64,000 bases of DNA from a virus. The notes below the pieces were generated by a model. That model did not search any database. It worked only from the letters and a program-made list of their open reading frames with translations, and had not been told where the DNA came from. This document shows, piece after piece, positions 1-8,814 of this stretch (positions are counted from its first letter, which is position 1; each line of letters opens with the position of its first letter). The DNA is taken from IMG/VR virus record IMGVR_UViG_3300045450_000145, positions 96,001 to 160,000 of that record. One strand, given 5' to 3'. The translations under genes and the position numbers were made by a program.

Positions 1-2286
1 TTAACAAACTTAGCATTATTAGATCAAAGCTTACAAACTAAATGGGCAGAGTTAATTAAGAAGGACGACAACGTCTTAGTGCCATCTACCGCACCAGTTA
101 ACATGCTCAGAATGGAGCCGAACAGCGGCGACTGGGATAAATTATTAGCCGCTGCAAAGTACGCAGTTAGTAGATTAGAATTACCACAGAACTTCTACAG
201 TAACGTATCTGAATTTCCGTTCGTTTCAGACGGTCGTCAGGTGCCAACTTCTTTAACTAGCTTAAGTGAAAGCGACGTTCGCTTCCCATCTTTAGAAAGA
301 CGTTCTAATAGAAAGATTGGTCTGATTTCCCAATTCAAGCTTTTCACTGAAACTATGAACGTGTTAAATGCTGCAATGCAAAATCAATATTCAATTAAGG
401 GTATTAACGGCGCATCAGGCACCAACATTTCATTCAATGATTATGTAACACAGCGTAAGCATGCGGCGTTCAACGGCACATATTCTAATTCTAAAACGGC
501 AAGCTTAACTTTAGCTTTGACCTTTGCTTCTGCAGAAGCAAAGCGTTCATTCATCAATGCCGGTAATGCAATTCAAGTTAACTTAAACTTCGTGCCAGCA
601 TTATCCAGCGGCGGTACTACAGTTAAGCAATATCAGCAACCGTTATCTGGAACTGGCAGCTTTAGCATTCCAGCTGGCAGCACAAGCGTGAGCTTGGTTG
701 GTAAGGGCGCGGCAGGTAAAAGCTCTTCTGCCGTTAGAACAGTTGACGGTTCTACTTGGTCTAAGAGCACTGTGCCTACTTTCACGAGCGTTGCGTACGG
801 TAATGATAGATTCCTGGCACTAAGTGGACAGGATGTTTATTCTTCAACTGATGCTAAGACTTGGGCAAAAATTTACACTTTTAACCCAAATGCTGCATCT
901 TCAGATTATTTGCAAGCGCGCAAAATTGCATTTAATAACTCTAGATTTATTGTTATTTTAGTTAATATTAGCTCAACTGCTTATTATAATGATTCTGTGA
1001 CTACGAGCATTGATGGTTTATCTTGGACTACGCCTAATAAAGTATTCGGCGGCGCGCGCAGATTACTTACTAATAATAATGGCACTATGATTTTTGGTGA
1101 GCTGCCAAACCATAATGATAATGGGTACGCTGCATCCGCGGTTTATTCTGCGAACAGCGCGTTTTTTGCGTCAGAGACTGACCAAAATAGCTACGATTAT
1201 ACTAATTCTCTTTATAGATTAAATCCACCACTGGGGCCAACAGTAAGTGGAAACGGTAAGGTATTCATGTATTCATATGGGAATCAGCCCTATTTTACAA
1301 GCGACAACAAAAACTGGTCATTTGTTAATAGAATTGACCAAACAATTGGTAGCGTAATATTTGGCAACGGTAAGTTTGTAGCATTAGATACCGATGGTAA
1401 TTCGATAACATCAACGGATGGTTTTGATTACAGCGCTAAGAAGAATGTGGGTGATAATGGCTTAAAGAAAGGCAGCACTTTATTAGGCTATGCAGGTGGT
1501 AAGTATTTTGCATCTTTAGACAATGACATTGCATATTCTAATGATGGATTAAACTGGGTTAGAGCCACTTTACAAGGCAGCTCAGCTGCCCCAAATACAT
1601 TCTCCTATGGGCAAAACAGATTAGTGACAACTTCTGGCGCGAATGGCTTTGTCAGTGAAGACTCATATGCTGCTGGCACTGTAACTCAAGGCGCTAATAC
1701 AACTGCGCGGGCCAATAGCAGCACCTACACCTACAACGGTTCATCTACTACTAACGCGCCGGCGGAAAGAACCGACACTCTAGTTGTGGCAGCAAACTCC
1801 CCAACAGTAGTGGATTACACTGTGCCAGATGGTGGCACCTTGCAAGTCAACTTCAGCACCACCTCGGCTGCGACTGAAAGTTCAACCAGTGTCAAGACCT
1901 TGTTTGATACCAAGGGTGTAATACGCATTACTGCAGATAAAACAAGAGTCTTCGGTAGTTCGCTTCCTCTGACTTTGGCGGTTGCACCAATTGATCGAGG
2001 TGTCAAAAACGTAGGCAGCGAGCCGTCAGTTTTAACATCACAGGCCACTGATAATGTTAACTACTCTATTTTTGCAAGTCAGCCAAGTGCAGGTAATACT
2101 ATTAACTTAGTAATTAACTTGACATCAAACATTGCCTTTAGTGGCAACTTAGCAATTAGGTTTGACGTTATCGTAGATACTACAACCTATAATGCACCAC
2201 TGATCACGCCATTATATGCATCTCCAAATTCATATAACAACGCGGACAAAGTTGCAGGTGATGGCAACCTAAACTACAACCCATAA
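1..2286 (+). CDS. Tail fibre / receptor-binding virion protein with beta-propeller (BNR/WD40-like) repeats; 5'-truncated by window edge
   Basis: Frame is open from base 1 (LTNLALLDQ...). Repeated blades YGNDRFLA, FNNSRFIV, FGNGKFVA, YAGGKYFA, YGQNRLVT and S-x-DG-x-x-W motifs; S/T/G/N-rich. Confidence 0.7.
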   Translation, partial: LTNLALLDQSLQTKWAELIKKDDNVLVPSTAPVNMLRMEPNSGDWDKLLAAAKYAVSRLELPQNFYSNVSEFPFVSDGRQVPTSLTSLSESDVRFPSLERRSNRKIGLISQFKLFTETMNVLNAAMQNQYSIKGINGASGTNISFNDYVTQRKHAAFNGTYSNSKTASLTLALTFASAEAKRSFINAGNAIQVNLNFVPALSSGGTTVKQYQQPLSGTGSFSIPAGSTSVSLVGKGAAGKSSSAVRTVDGSTWSKSTVPTFTSVAYGNDRFLALSGQDVYSSTDAKTWAKIYTFNPNAASSDYLQARKIAFNNSRFIVILVNISSTAYYNDSVTTSIDGLSWTTPNKVFGGARRLLTNNNGTMIFGELPNHNDNGYAASAVYSANSAFFASETDQNSYDYTNSLYRLNPPLGPTVSGNGKVFMYSYGNQPYFTSDNKNWSFVNRIDQTIGSVIFGNGKFVALDTDGNSITSTDGFDYSAKKNVGDNGLKKGSTLLGYAGGKYFASLDNDIAYSNDGLNWVRATLQGSSAAPNTFSYGQNRLVTTSGANGFVSEDSYAAGTVTQGANTTARANSSTYTYNGSSTTNAPAERTDTLVVAANSPTVVDYTVPDGGTLQVNFSTTSAATESSTSVKTLFDTKGVIRITADKTRVFGSSLPLTLAVAPIDRGVKNVGSEPSVLTSQATDNVNYSIFASQPSAGNTINLVINLTSNIAFSGNLAIRFDVIVDTTTYNAPLITPLYASPNSYNNADKVAGDGNLNYNP

Positions 2287-2293
2287 TCTAAAG

Positions 2294-2322
2294 TGTACAT
2301 TTTCATCCTATGGTATTATAAT
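2294..2322 (+). promoter_or_regulatory. Early (host sigma70-type) promoter TGTACA-N17-TATAAT
   Basis: TGTACA at 2294-2299 and TATAAT at 2317-2322, upstream of RBS AAGGA and ATG 2351; the motif recurs in the window. Confidence 0.75.
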
Positions 2323-2350
2323 TTTATTACAATATTTTTATTTACCAAGG

Positions 2351-2623
2351 ATGAAAACCTATATGCTAGCAACCAAGACTCCACTCATTATTGTCGGTCA
2401 ACTGTATCTTCACCCACAGCTAGATGAATACGTCATCGTGACAAACAATAACCGTGGACACATTTCTTATGAGGGCGGAGGGTTTAAGGGTCAGGCCGAA
2501 TCAGAGACGTTCATTGAGCGTTTCGGTCCAGTCGACCCGGCTGATGTAAGCGAAGATGAACTGAAAACTCTTCTCAGTTACTGCCCTACTGGTACCCGCC
2601 CACTAGTAGGATTCATTTCCTAA
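2351..2623 (+). CDS. Hypothetical protein (90 aa)
   Basis: ORF with promoter and AAGGA RBS. Confidence 0.75.
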   Translation: MKTYMLATKTPLIIVGQLYLHPQLDEYVIVTNNNRGHISYEGGGFKGQAESETFIERFGPVDPADVSEDELKTLLSYCPTGTRPLVGFIS

Positions 2624-2627
2624 ATTT

Positions 2628-3071
2628 ATGAAGCATGTATTTGTCACCTTATTTCTTCTTCCTCTTGCTGTTCAGGCAAGCACCTACTCCTTTCTGCCAA
2701 ATCCGATTTTAACTCCAGGTGTCGTTGCATCCACCAATAAAGCCGAGGTATGCGAAAAGTCATACCCGTCCAGGAGTCGTAATGTAACCACATCCACCAA
2801 AAATAAAGTCTACAAGGCATACAATGTAGACAAAGAGCAATGCTCTGGCGGGTGTAAAATCGATCACCTCATTCCCCTCTCTATCGGTGGTGCGAATGAC
2901 CAGCAGAATCTATGGCCACATGAATATGGCGCCGAGCGCAATGTATTTTCCAAAACTAGACTAGAGGTAAGGTTGAGGAAAGAAGTGTGTACAAATGACA
3001 TGCCAATTGAAGAAGCGCAGGAGTGCATCCGCAAGGACTGGACCAAGTGCTTTGATCGATTCTACAAGTGA
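2628..3071 (+). CDS. Signal-peptide-bearing HNH-like nuclease
   Basis: MKHVFVTLFLLPLAVQA signal peptide; DHLIPLSIGGANDQQNLWP beta-beta-alpha motif; four Cys. Confidence 0.7.
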   Translation: MKHVFVTLFLLPLAVQASTYSFLPNPILTPGVVASTNKAEVCEKSYPSRSRNVTTSTKNKVYKAYNVDKEQCSGGCKIDHLIPLSIGGANDQQNLWPHEYGAERNVFSKTRLEVRLRKEVCTNDMPIEEAQECIRKDWTKCFDRFYK

Positions 3072-3080
3072 GATAAAACT

Positions 3081-3536
3081 ATGAAGATCGTCAGCAGAAT
3101 TTCAAACTCGCAGACTGATTTAGAAAATTTAAAGCAGCTCGTTGAGATCATCAGTGCTGACGCCGCGCCGGATACAACTGCAGAGTGTATTACAAAATTG
3201 GAGATTTTATTCACGGCGTTGAGCGATCGAATTGACGTTTTAAGCTCAGACTGTGATAAAATTGCCGCTGACAACCGCAGGTTAAGTTACCAGATGACTG
3301 CATATGAGCAGCAATTTGAGGGGGTCTTAGAAGATCACCATAATGGTGTGGCGGCAGACTTGGCGTTAGATGAAGCCAGTTTAGACTTGATGAACTCTAT
3401 GTCTGACATGGGCGCTGGCTATGTTAATAACAATGGTCAGCTTAATTTCTACAGTGACGTTGTATTTGAAAGTTCAGATTTTAAATGCCCACTGAAGGAA
3501 GCCATTCACACGTGGCTAAAATTAAAACTTAAGTAA
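3081..3536 (+). CDS. Hypothetical coiled-coil protein (151 aa)
   Basis: ORF in operon context. Confidence 0.7.
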   Translation: MKIVSRISNSQTDLENLKQLVEIISADAAPDTTAECITKLEILFTALSDRIDVLSSDCDKIAADNRRLSYQMTAYEQQFEGVLEDHHNGVAADLALDEASLDLMNSMSDMGAGYVNNNGQLNFYSDVVFESSDFKCPLKEAIHTWLKLKLK

Positions 3537-3545
3537 TATACAAAA

Positions 3546-3992
3546 ATGGCACATCAAATTATTCTTGAACGCATCGTAAACTCAGATTTTCCGGCAGTTA
3601 TCCGCATAACTGCAAACAAACTGATTGGAAAAACTTACATCAACCTAGGTGATTTCTTGCAAGAGCTAAATCAAGCCGATTTAAATGATTTGCTGAAGAT
3701 GTGCGACGACATCATTGAACGCAATGATAATTCACCAAAGTCACAACAAAGTATCTTTTTAGTTGCTGAAATGCTTTCACAGGCAACAGGTGTAGCCCTG
3801 GAAGCTGAAAACTCGGCTGAACACTTTGACACACTTATGTATCTACTTTCATTTGAGTCACTCGCGCGGAAGGGAATTATTAAGTTTGACCGAAAGCTTG
3901 CATCTCTAGAAGACATGAATCTAGAAGATGCGGTTGAAATTACTGATAAATTTAAAGACTTGGAAGACCTTGACGGGATAAATGATGAATGA
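3546..3992 (+). CDS. Hypothetical protein (148 aa)
   Basis: ORF in tightly packed operon. Confidence 0.7.
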   Translation: MAHQIILERIVNSDFPAVIRITANKLIGKTYINLGDFLQELNQADLNDLLKMCDDIIERNDNSPKSQQSIFLVAEMLSQATGVALEAENSAEHFDTLMYLLSFESLARKGIIKFDRKLASLEDMNLEDAVEITDKFKDLEDLDGINDE

Positions 3993-4356
3993 CATTCAGC
4001 ATGGCAGCATTGGATATTCATCGACTCGGTGGGTGTGCTTTAATTGCAAAATTTGCATTCACAGGTGGGGAAGCGGATATATTGGCACGTGTGGTAGATG
4101 TAAGTGCAAACTGACGTATGCTGGCGATGCATTTAGGGCACCGCGTAAGCAAGATAAGAAAGAATGGGCAAAATTAGAAATTTTGATTAGGGGTGGTATA
4201 ACTTTCAATCACAGTGGCGGTGGGGGTTGTATCAAGCCGCTCACTAAGAATCAGGCTAAAATTGTAATTAGAAATAAAAAGCATTACGACATGTTACGGC
4301 GTATTTCTTTTGAGCATCGTAAGATGTATAATAGACTTATTATTCTCAAGGATTAA
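3982..4356 (+). CDS. Cys-rich zinc-ribbon protein
   Basis: CFNC...C and CGRC-x-C motifs followed by FRAPRK-x-D-x-x-x-W. Confidence 0.6.
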   Translation: MMNDIQHGSIGYSSTRWVCFNCKICIHRWGSGYIGTCGRCKCKLTYAGDAFRAPRKQDKKEWAKLEILIRGGITFNHSGGGGCIKPLTKNQAKIVIRNKKHYDMLRRISFEHRKMYNRLIILKD

Positions 4357-4365
4357 AAATTAATC

Positions 4366-4770
4366 ATGACTAATGTAGTTCCTGTTGCGCGCAAGCGCTT
4401 CTCGTTCGGTCCTGTGTGGTCCCGTGAAGTCATTCGTGGCACCATCACCGACCATGAAAAGCTAATTGTGCATGCCGTCAACTTGTGCGTCGGCCCTAAA
4501 AGTGAAGTCAAAGAGCTTGAGATGGAGGTGCTTCGACAGAAAGTTGCAACTAAGCTCATTGAAAATGGATGCCCATTTGATGTCAAAGCTAATCATCCAA
4601 TCACAGTTATTAACCCTGTAGAATGGTTTACACCCACCGAAATTGAATTTGATGACAAGTTTGGCGAAGACCCTAAAGGTTGCCGCGTTCGGTGGGATGG
4701 CAGCGCTTGGTTTCGCCTGAGCGATTGCAAAATTCGTATGCATAACAGTGTACAACCTGCTAAATCTTGA
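4366..4770 (+). CDS. Hypothetical protein (134 aa)
   Basis: ORF with phage-like codon usage. Confidence 0.7.
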   Translation: MTNVVPVARKRFSFGPVWSREVIRGTITDHEKLIVHAVNLCVGPKSEVKELEMEVLRQKVATKLIENGCPFDVKANHPITVINPVEWFTPTEIEFDDKFGEDPKGCRVRWDGSAWFRLSDCKIRMHNSVQPAKS

Positions 4771-4776
4771 TATAAT
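4749..4776 (+). promoter_or_regulatory. Early promoter TGTACA-N16-TATAAT
   Basis: TGTACA 4749-4754 and TATAAT 4771-4776; AGGAG RBS before ATG 4808. Confidence 0.7.
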
Positions 4777-4807
4777 TCATCTATCAAATAAAATTTAGGA
4801 GTTTAAC

Positions 4808-5245
4808 ATGGGATTCAAAAAGCAAACCGCAAAGCAAACCTTTGAAATTCTGGCAACTCACAAGAAAAATTATGCGCTGAATCCCACGGAAATTCTCAAG
4901 ATCACGATCGAAAACATGGAGCGGCTTGCTAACCGTCTGATGACGGAAGAAATGCAAGCGAAGGAAAAGAACTTCATCGCCAAGCACGTCGGTTCCGACT
5001 GGTGGGAAATGGCTCAAAAGCTTTACCCCATTGTGCAAAATGCAGAAACCAATATGTACGTGGTTACGTCGGAAGCCAAAGAATGGACCGAAGGTAAAGA
5101 ATGGGAATTCACCTACAAGTACGAAGCTCTGGAAAAGGTCCAGCAGCTGGTATTGTGGAAGCACCTCGATCGTAAGCGGGGTACTGGAAATGTTGAAAAG
5201 GACCTCGAGAAGTTTGCTGCAAAGTTTGCAGTCGAAATGGAATAA
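4808..5245 (+). CDS. Hypothetical protein (145 aa)
   Basis: Strong RBS TTAGGAG; biased codon usage. Confidence 0.8.
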   Translation: MGFKKQTAKQTFEILATHKKNYALNPTEILKITIENMERLANRLMTEEMQAKEKNFIAKHVGSDWWEMAQKLYPIVQNAETNMYVVTSEAKEWTEGKEWEFTYKYEALEKVQQLVLWKHLDRKRGTGNVEKDLEKFAAKFAVEME

Positions 5246-5253
5246 GGAATATT

Positions 5254-5418
5254 ATGACTGACAAAGAATATGAGAAATTCAACGAGATGGCCAGTCGCTT
5301 TAAATTCGAAATCATTGCAAGTTTTCGAATTGAAAAGGAAGCAGTAACCGCGGCAGAACATCGAGCGGCTCTCTTTAACATGCAGCGTGTGATGGGCAAA
5401 ATCATTAGTGAAATGTGA
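5254..5418 (+). CDS. Small hypothetical protein (54 aa; not in ORF track)
   Basis: MTDKEYEKFNEMASRF...KIISEM; AAGGA RBS; fills the gap between genes. Confidence 0.65.
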   Translation: MTDKEYEKFNEMASRFKFEIIASFRIEKEAVTAAEHRAALFNMQRVMGKIISEM

Positions 5419-5447
5419 TGTACACCTGAAATTATTCAGGTTATAAT
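5419..5447 (+). promoter_or_regulatory. Early promoter TGTACA-N17-TATAAT with inverted repeat in the spacer
   Basis: TGTACA 5419-5424, TATAAT 5442-5447; ACCTGAA/TTCAGGT inverted repeat 5424-5441. Confidence 0.75.
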
Positions 5448-5469
5448 TTAATTTTACGGAGATTGTTAG

Positions 5470-5652
5470 ATGAATAATTTCATTGCCATTTTTATCAGCG
5501 TCATGTTCGGTATTGTAGTAGGCCACTTTAGCAACGTAGGTATTGGGGTATGTATGGGAGCGGGTGTCTATGCAAGTATTTTGCTTTTCATCTCTATCGT
5601 TAAAAACCTTTTTGAACTTATTCGTAACGCTGCTAAACATATCAAGGGATAA
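5470..5652 (+). CDS. Small membrane protein (60 aa, two hydrophobic segments)
   Basis: Hydrophobic stretches; GGAG RBS. Confidence 0.7.
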   Translation: MNNFIAIFISVMFGIVVGHFSNVGIGVCMGAGVYASILLFISIVKNLFELIRNAAKHIKG

Positions 5653-5657
5653 TATAC

Positions 5658-6416
5658 ATGCCAGAAGGCCCCGAAGTAAAGCGCAATGGCGAGTCCATGA
5701 AGGACTTTATTAATGCCACGATACAAAGCATTACTACTGTGTCGGGTAGGTATACCCGCAAACTGATTGAAAATACTGACATTCCAGTAGGACAGAAAAT
5801 TGTTGACATCTTTGTCAAAGGCAAGCTGATCGTCATCAAGCTAGATACACATGCAATCTTATCCACCTTAGGCATGAGTGGGCATTGGTATTACGAGGTG
5901 CCAGATAGCAAGAAGAAATTTATCCGCATTAAGATAATTACAAATATAGGCGCCATGTACTTCTGCGACATGAGGAACTTCGGTACATTTAAGGTGGTGA
6001 CTCACGCTGAGATGTATAAAAAGCTAGATAGCTTGGGGGCTGATATCTTGGCCTCACCTGATGCACCTATTCATTTCTTTACTCGAATTGCAAAGCTGGG
6101 CAAGGACAAATATATTAGCGAAGTCCTGATGGACCAGCGCATCTTGTCCGGCGTCGGTAACTACCTACGGGCCGACATCCTATTCGAGCTAGGCATTCAC
6201 CCTAAGAAGCTCACCAGTAGCTTCAATAAGGGGGAACTCATAGACATATGGAAGAAGTGCCATGAGCTCGCCAGTGAGTCCTACAAGGACGGAGGTTACG
6301 GCTATGAATTTCGGGTATATGCTAAATCAATGGTGGATAATCACTGGGTCGAGAGTTACGAAGATAACAATAAGCGGATGGTCTGGTGGAGTCCCCATCA
6401 TCAGCAGCGCATTTAA
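5658..6416 (+). CDS. nei: Nei/Fpg-family DNA glycosylase/AP lyase (zinc-less finger)
   Basis: N-terminal MPEGPEV catalytic Pro-Glu; KGK; LGMSG; H2TH motif LMDQRILSGVGNYLRADILF; no C-terminal Cys. Confidence 0.92.
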   Translation: MPEGPEVKRNGESMKDFINATIQSITTVSGRYTRKLIENTDIPVGQKIVDIFVKGKLIVIKLDTHAILSTLGMSGHWYYEVPDSKKKFIRIKIITNIGAMYFCDMRNFGTFKVVTHAEMYKKLDSLGADILASPDAPIHFFTRIAKLGKDKYISEVLMDQRILSGVGNYLRADILFELGIHPKKLTSSFNKGELIDIWKKCHELASESYKDGGYGYEFRVYAKSMVDNHWVESYEDNNKRMVWWSPHHQQRI

Positions 6417-6437
6417 TAGCATTAGTTAGCAAATAAG
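6412..6437 (+). repeat. 26-nt dispersed intergenic repeat, copy 1
   Basis: TTTAATAGCATTAGTTAGCAAATAAG; 25/26 identical to 23272-23297. Confidence 0.85.
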
Positions 6438-6448
6438 GATTATACATT

Positions 6449-6688
6449 GTGAAGCAGCTCGTACCATACCTCGGCTTCTCTATTGCTGCAAGCTGGCTTA
6501 TTGGCGGCGGAATCTACTTAGCAGGTATTTCTGCCATTGCGTCGGCACTTATCGGCTGCGGAATTCTACTTACATTTATGTTTGTGTATGTAGCTTTAGC
6601 AGATTTTATCCACAATGCCCAGCTAGCATACAATCGCCTCATTCGCGTGGAGGAAATCCTCGAAAAGATTGAGGGGAAAGTGAGATAA
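6449..6688 (+). CDS. Small membrane protein (79 aa)
   Basis: GTG start after AAGGA; two TM-like segments. Confidence 0.7.
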   Translation: MKQLVPYLGFSIAASWLIGGGIYLAGISAIASALIGCGILLTFMFVYVALADFIHNAQLAYNRLIRVEEILEKIEGKVR

Positions 6689-6702
6689 AAAGCTTTTTCC
6701 TA

Positions 6703-6730
6703 TGTACTCTCTGGGCAGATTAGTTATAAT
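6703..6730 (+). promoter_or_regulatory. Early promoter TGTACT-N16-TATAAT
   Basis: TGTACT 6703-6708 and TATAAT 6725-6730; implies the ATPase starts at 6762. Confidence 0.6.
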
Positions 6731-6761
6731 TCACTATCGAAACAAACTGCCTATCTTACAT

Positions 6762-7745
6762 ATGTCCAAAACCGCTCTTCTCGCCTTCAACGACAAGTCT
6801 AGCAAGTGGGAAGCATCCTACAACGGTCAAGTATTTCTGTCGTCGGCTAGCAAGGACTATGTGATTGATAAAATTATCAATCAAATCTCGAATAAAGCTA
6901 AGACCCTTGGTGTTACCCGTTATGAGGAACTCGGCAAGGCGACAGATGTTTTGGCAGCTCACACCAAGTCTGAAATCAACTTCAGCATCAATGAGCGCTT
7001 TGAGTTCTTGGAAGACTTTGTCGAGATGGTCGCTACTCGTGAGATCGCTTCGACGATTATTGTCGGTGAAGGTGGTTTGGGCAAGACCTTCACGGTCATG
7101 AAAACCCTCGAGCGCCTAGGCATGGAGAAGGAAGACCCCACTCTTGCCAACATCGAAGAAGACGAAGACGGCACTCCGATGGTCAAGCCTAAAAATGACA
7201 AGGCATTTGTGGTCGTTAAGGGTTACAGCACCGCCAAGGGTCTGTTCCGCACCCTCTACGAAAACAAGAACCGCATCGTAATTTTTGATGACTGTGATTC
7301 GGTGCTGAAAGATGAAACTGCATGCAACGTGCTGAAGGCCGCACTCGACTCTTATGATGAACGCATCGTTACCTGGAATGCAGAAGCGCCGTTCGGTTCT
7401 GACCTGCCACGCTCATTCGAATTCACCGGTGGTATTATCTTCATCTCGAACCAATCGATGCACAAGATTCCGCAACCCATTCGGTCCCGTGCCATGCCTG
7501 CAGACGTCTCTATGACCCGCTCCGAGATTGTTACCCGCATGCGAGCCATTGTAGATTCAGGCACCTTCCTGCCAGAAATGGACATGGAAATCAAGAACGA
7601 AGCCCTCGACTTTATCGCTGAGAATGCAAACAACCCGGCGGTCAAGTCGCTCAATTTGCGCACTCTGATTGGTGTTTGCAAGGCCCGCAAAGTTAAGATC
7701 GAGAACTGGGAACGTCGCGCGCTGTATGCAATGATCAACACTTAA
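6762..7745 (+). CDS. AAA+-type P-loop ATPase
   Basis: Walker A GEGGLGKT, Walker B IVIFDDCD, sensor IFISN, RSRA. Start reassigned from 6702 to 6762 because the promoter lies within the longer ORF. Confidence 0.8.
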   Translation: MSKTALLAFNDKSSKWEASYNGQVFLSSASKDYVIDKIINQISNKAKTLGVTRYEELGKATDVLAAHTKSEINFSINERFEFLEDFVEMVATREIASTIIVGEGGLGKTFTVMKTLERLGMEKEDPTLANIEEDEDGTPMVKPKNDKAFVVVKGYSTAKGLFRTLYENKNRIVIFDDCDSVLKDETACNVLKAALDSYDERIVTWNAEAPFGSDLPRSFEFTGGIIFISNQSMHKIPQPIRSRAMPADVSMTRSEIVTRMRAIVDSGTFLPEMDMEIKNEALDFIAENANNPAVKSLNLRTLIGVCKARKVKIENWERRALYAMINT

Positions 7746-7754
7746 ATGAAAATA

Positions 7755-7787
7755 AGGGTGTATGATTAGTACACCCTGTTTTATAAT
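7755..7787 (+). terminator. Rho-independent terminator hairpin overlapping an early promoter (TGTATG-N17-TATAAT)
   Basis: AGGGTGTA-tgattag-TACACCCT followed by GTTTT; TATAAT 7782-7787. Confidence 0.7.
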
Positions 7788-7814
7788 AATTTTATCTTTT
7801 CAAGGAGCATATAA

Positions 7815-7988
7815 ATGTCTACTTCTGTTATTGCAGCCTTCATAACTGTCTTGCTTGGTATTATGCTTACTGTCTGGGTGGCATTCTCCTTTGCCTTGGC
7901 TGTAACTACAATCTTTGTGTTCTTCTTTAAGTTTGCAGTTGCAGCAATCTTTGTTTACCTGATGTACTTTATCTTTCTGCGGCCATGA
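7815..7988 (+). CDS. Small, very hydrophobic membrane protein (57 aa; not in ORF track)
   Basis: MSTSVIAAFITVLLGIMLTVWVAFSF...FLRP; AAGGAG RBS; ATGA overlap with the next gene. Confidence 0.75.
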   Translation: MSTSVIAAFITVLLGIMLTVWVAFSFALAVTTIFVFFFKFAVAAIFVYLMYFIFLRP

Positions 7989-8224
7989 AGAAAATTCTCT
8001 TTCTCTGCATGGCGCTTTCTTTGACTGCCTGCACACCCCAAACTCCCGTTGAACGTCAAAGCACTCGCGATAGTCGGGTGCAGTGGATCAGTTATCACAA
8101 AGACGATAGAACTGACATCTGCTTCGCATCGAGTATGTCTAGTAATTATGGCGGTAGCTTTTATGTCTTTGCGCCAGTACCCTGCACGCAAAAGGTTTTA
8201 GATATTATTGAGGACCCAAAATGA
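7985..8224 (+). CDS. Lipoprotein, paralog 1 of 3
   Basis: Lipobox LTAC; YHKDDRTDICF...VPCT. Confidence 0.85.
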   Translation: MKKILFLCMALSLTACTPQTPVERQSTRDSRVQWISYHKDDRTDICFASSMSSNYGGSFYVFAPVPCTQKVLDIIEDPK

Positions 8225-8481
8225 AGAAGTATCTTATTATGATTGCATTTGCAATTGCTGGGTGCAAACCTACTGGAGCAGGTGATTATAATGCTAATCT
8301 AGTATTAAATTCAAAGTATTTTAAGGACCCAAAGACAAACCTTTGTTTTGCTGCTCTTGGTAACTGGGACGATTCTAACACTAAATTGACTTATGTCCCA
8401 TGCACGGCCGAAGTCGAAGCGCAAATTACTGAAGAATATGTTCCTATGAAGAAGAAAAGCAAAGAAATGGAGGTTAGGTAA
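8221..8481 (+). CDS. Lipoprotein, paralog 2 of 3
   Basis: Lipobox IAGC; YFKDPKTNLCF...VPCT. Confidence 0.85.
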   Translation: MKKYLIMIAFAIAGCKPTGAGDYNANLVLNSKYFKDPKTNLCFAALGNWDDSNTKLTYVPCTAEVEAQITEEYVPMKKKSKEMEVR

Positions 8482-8753
8482 TGAAATACATTCTGCTTGT
8501 TATTCCATTCCTGCTTGCAGGCTGTGGTCAAAATCAAGATGACGTTTTTGCAACTAGAGTTGCAGAAGGCCGATACTACAAAGACCCTCGCACAGATTTG
8601 TGTTTCTTTGATTCGCAAAATACAAAGAATGGTGGAGGTGGAGGAACTTGGGCACCAACTCACGTGCCATGCACTGAAAAGGTAGAAAATCTAATCTTGG
8701 GAAAATATATCAAGGAAGGTAAGAAGGATTCTAATTCCTTGGAGATTCGATAA
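8481..8753 (+). CDS. Lipoprotein, paralog 3 of 3
   Basis: Lipobox LAGC; YYKDPRTDLCF...VPCT. Confidence 0.85.
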   Translation: MKYILLVIPFLLAGCGQNQDDVFATRVAEGRYYKDPRTDLCFFDSQNTKNGGGGGTWAPTHVPCTEKVENLILGKYIKEGKKDSNSLEIR

Positions 8754-8814
8754 ATGCGGTAATGGGTTTTCTGCCAGTAAATATTATTTTTAGAAGTCAA
8801 CTATAAGGTGCTTC

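Noticed and set aside
1379-1392. TAGCATTAGATAC partial match to the 26-nt intergenic repeat
   Set aside because: It lies inside the fibre CDS and only the first 11-12 nt match, which is compatible with chance.
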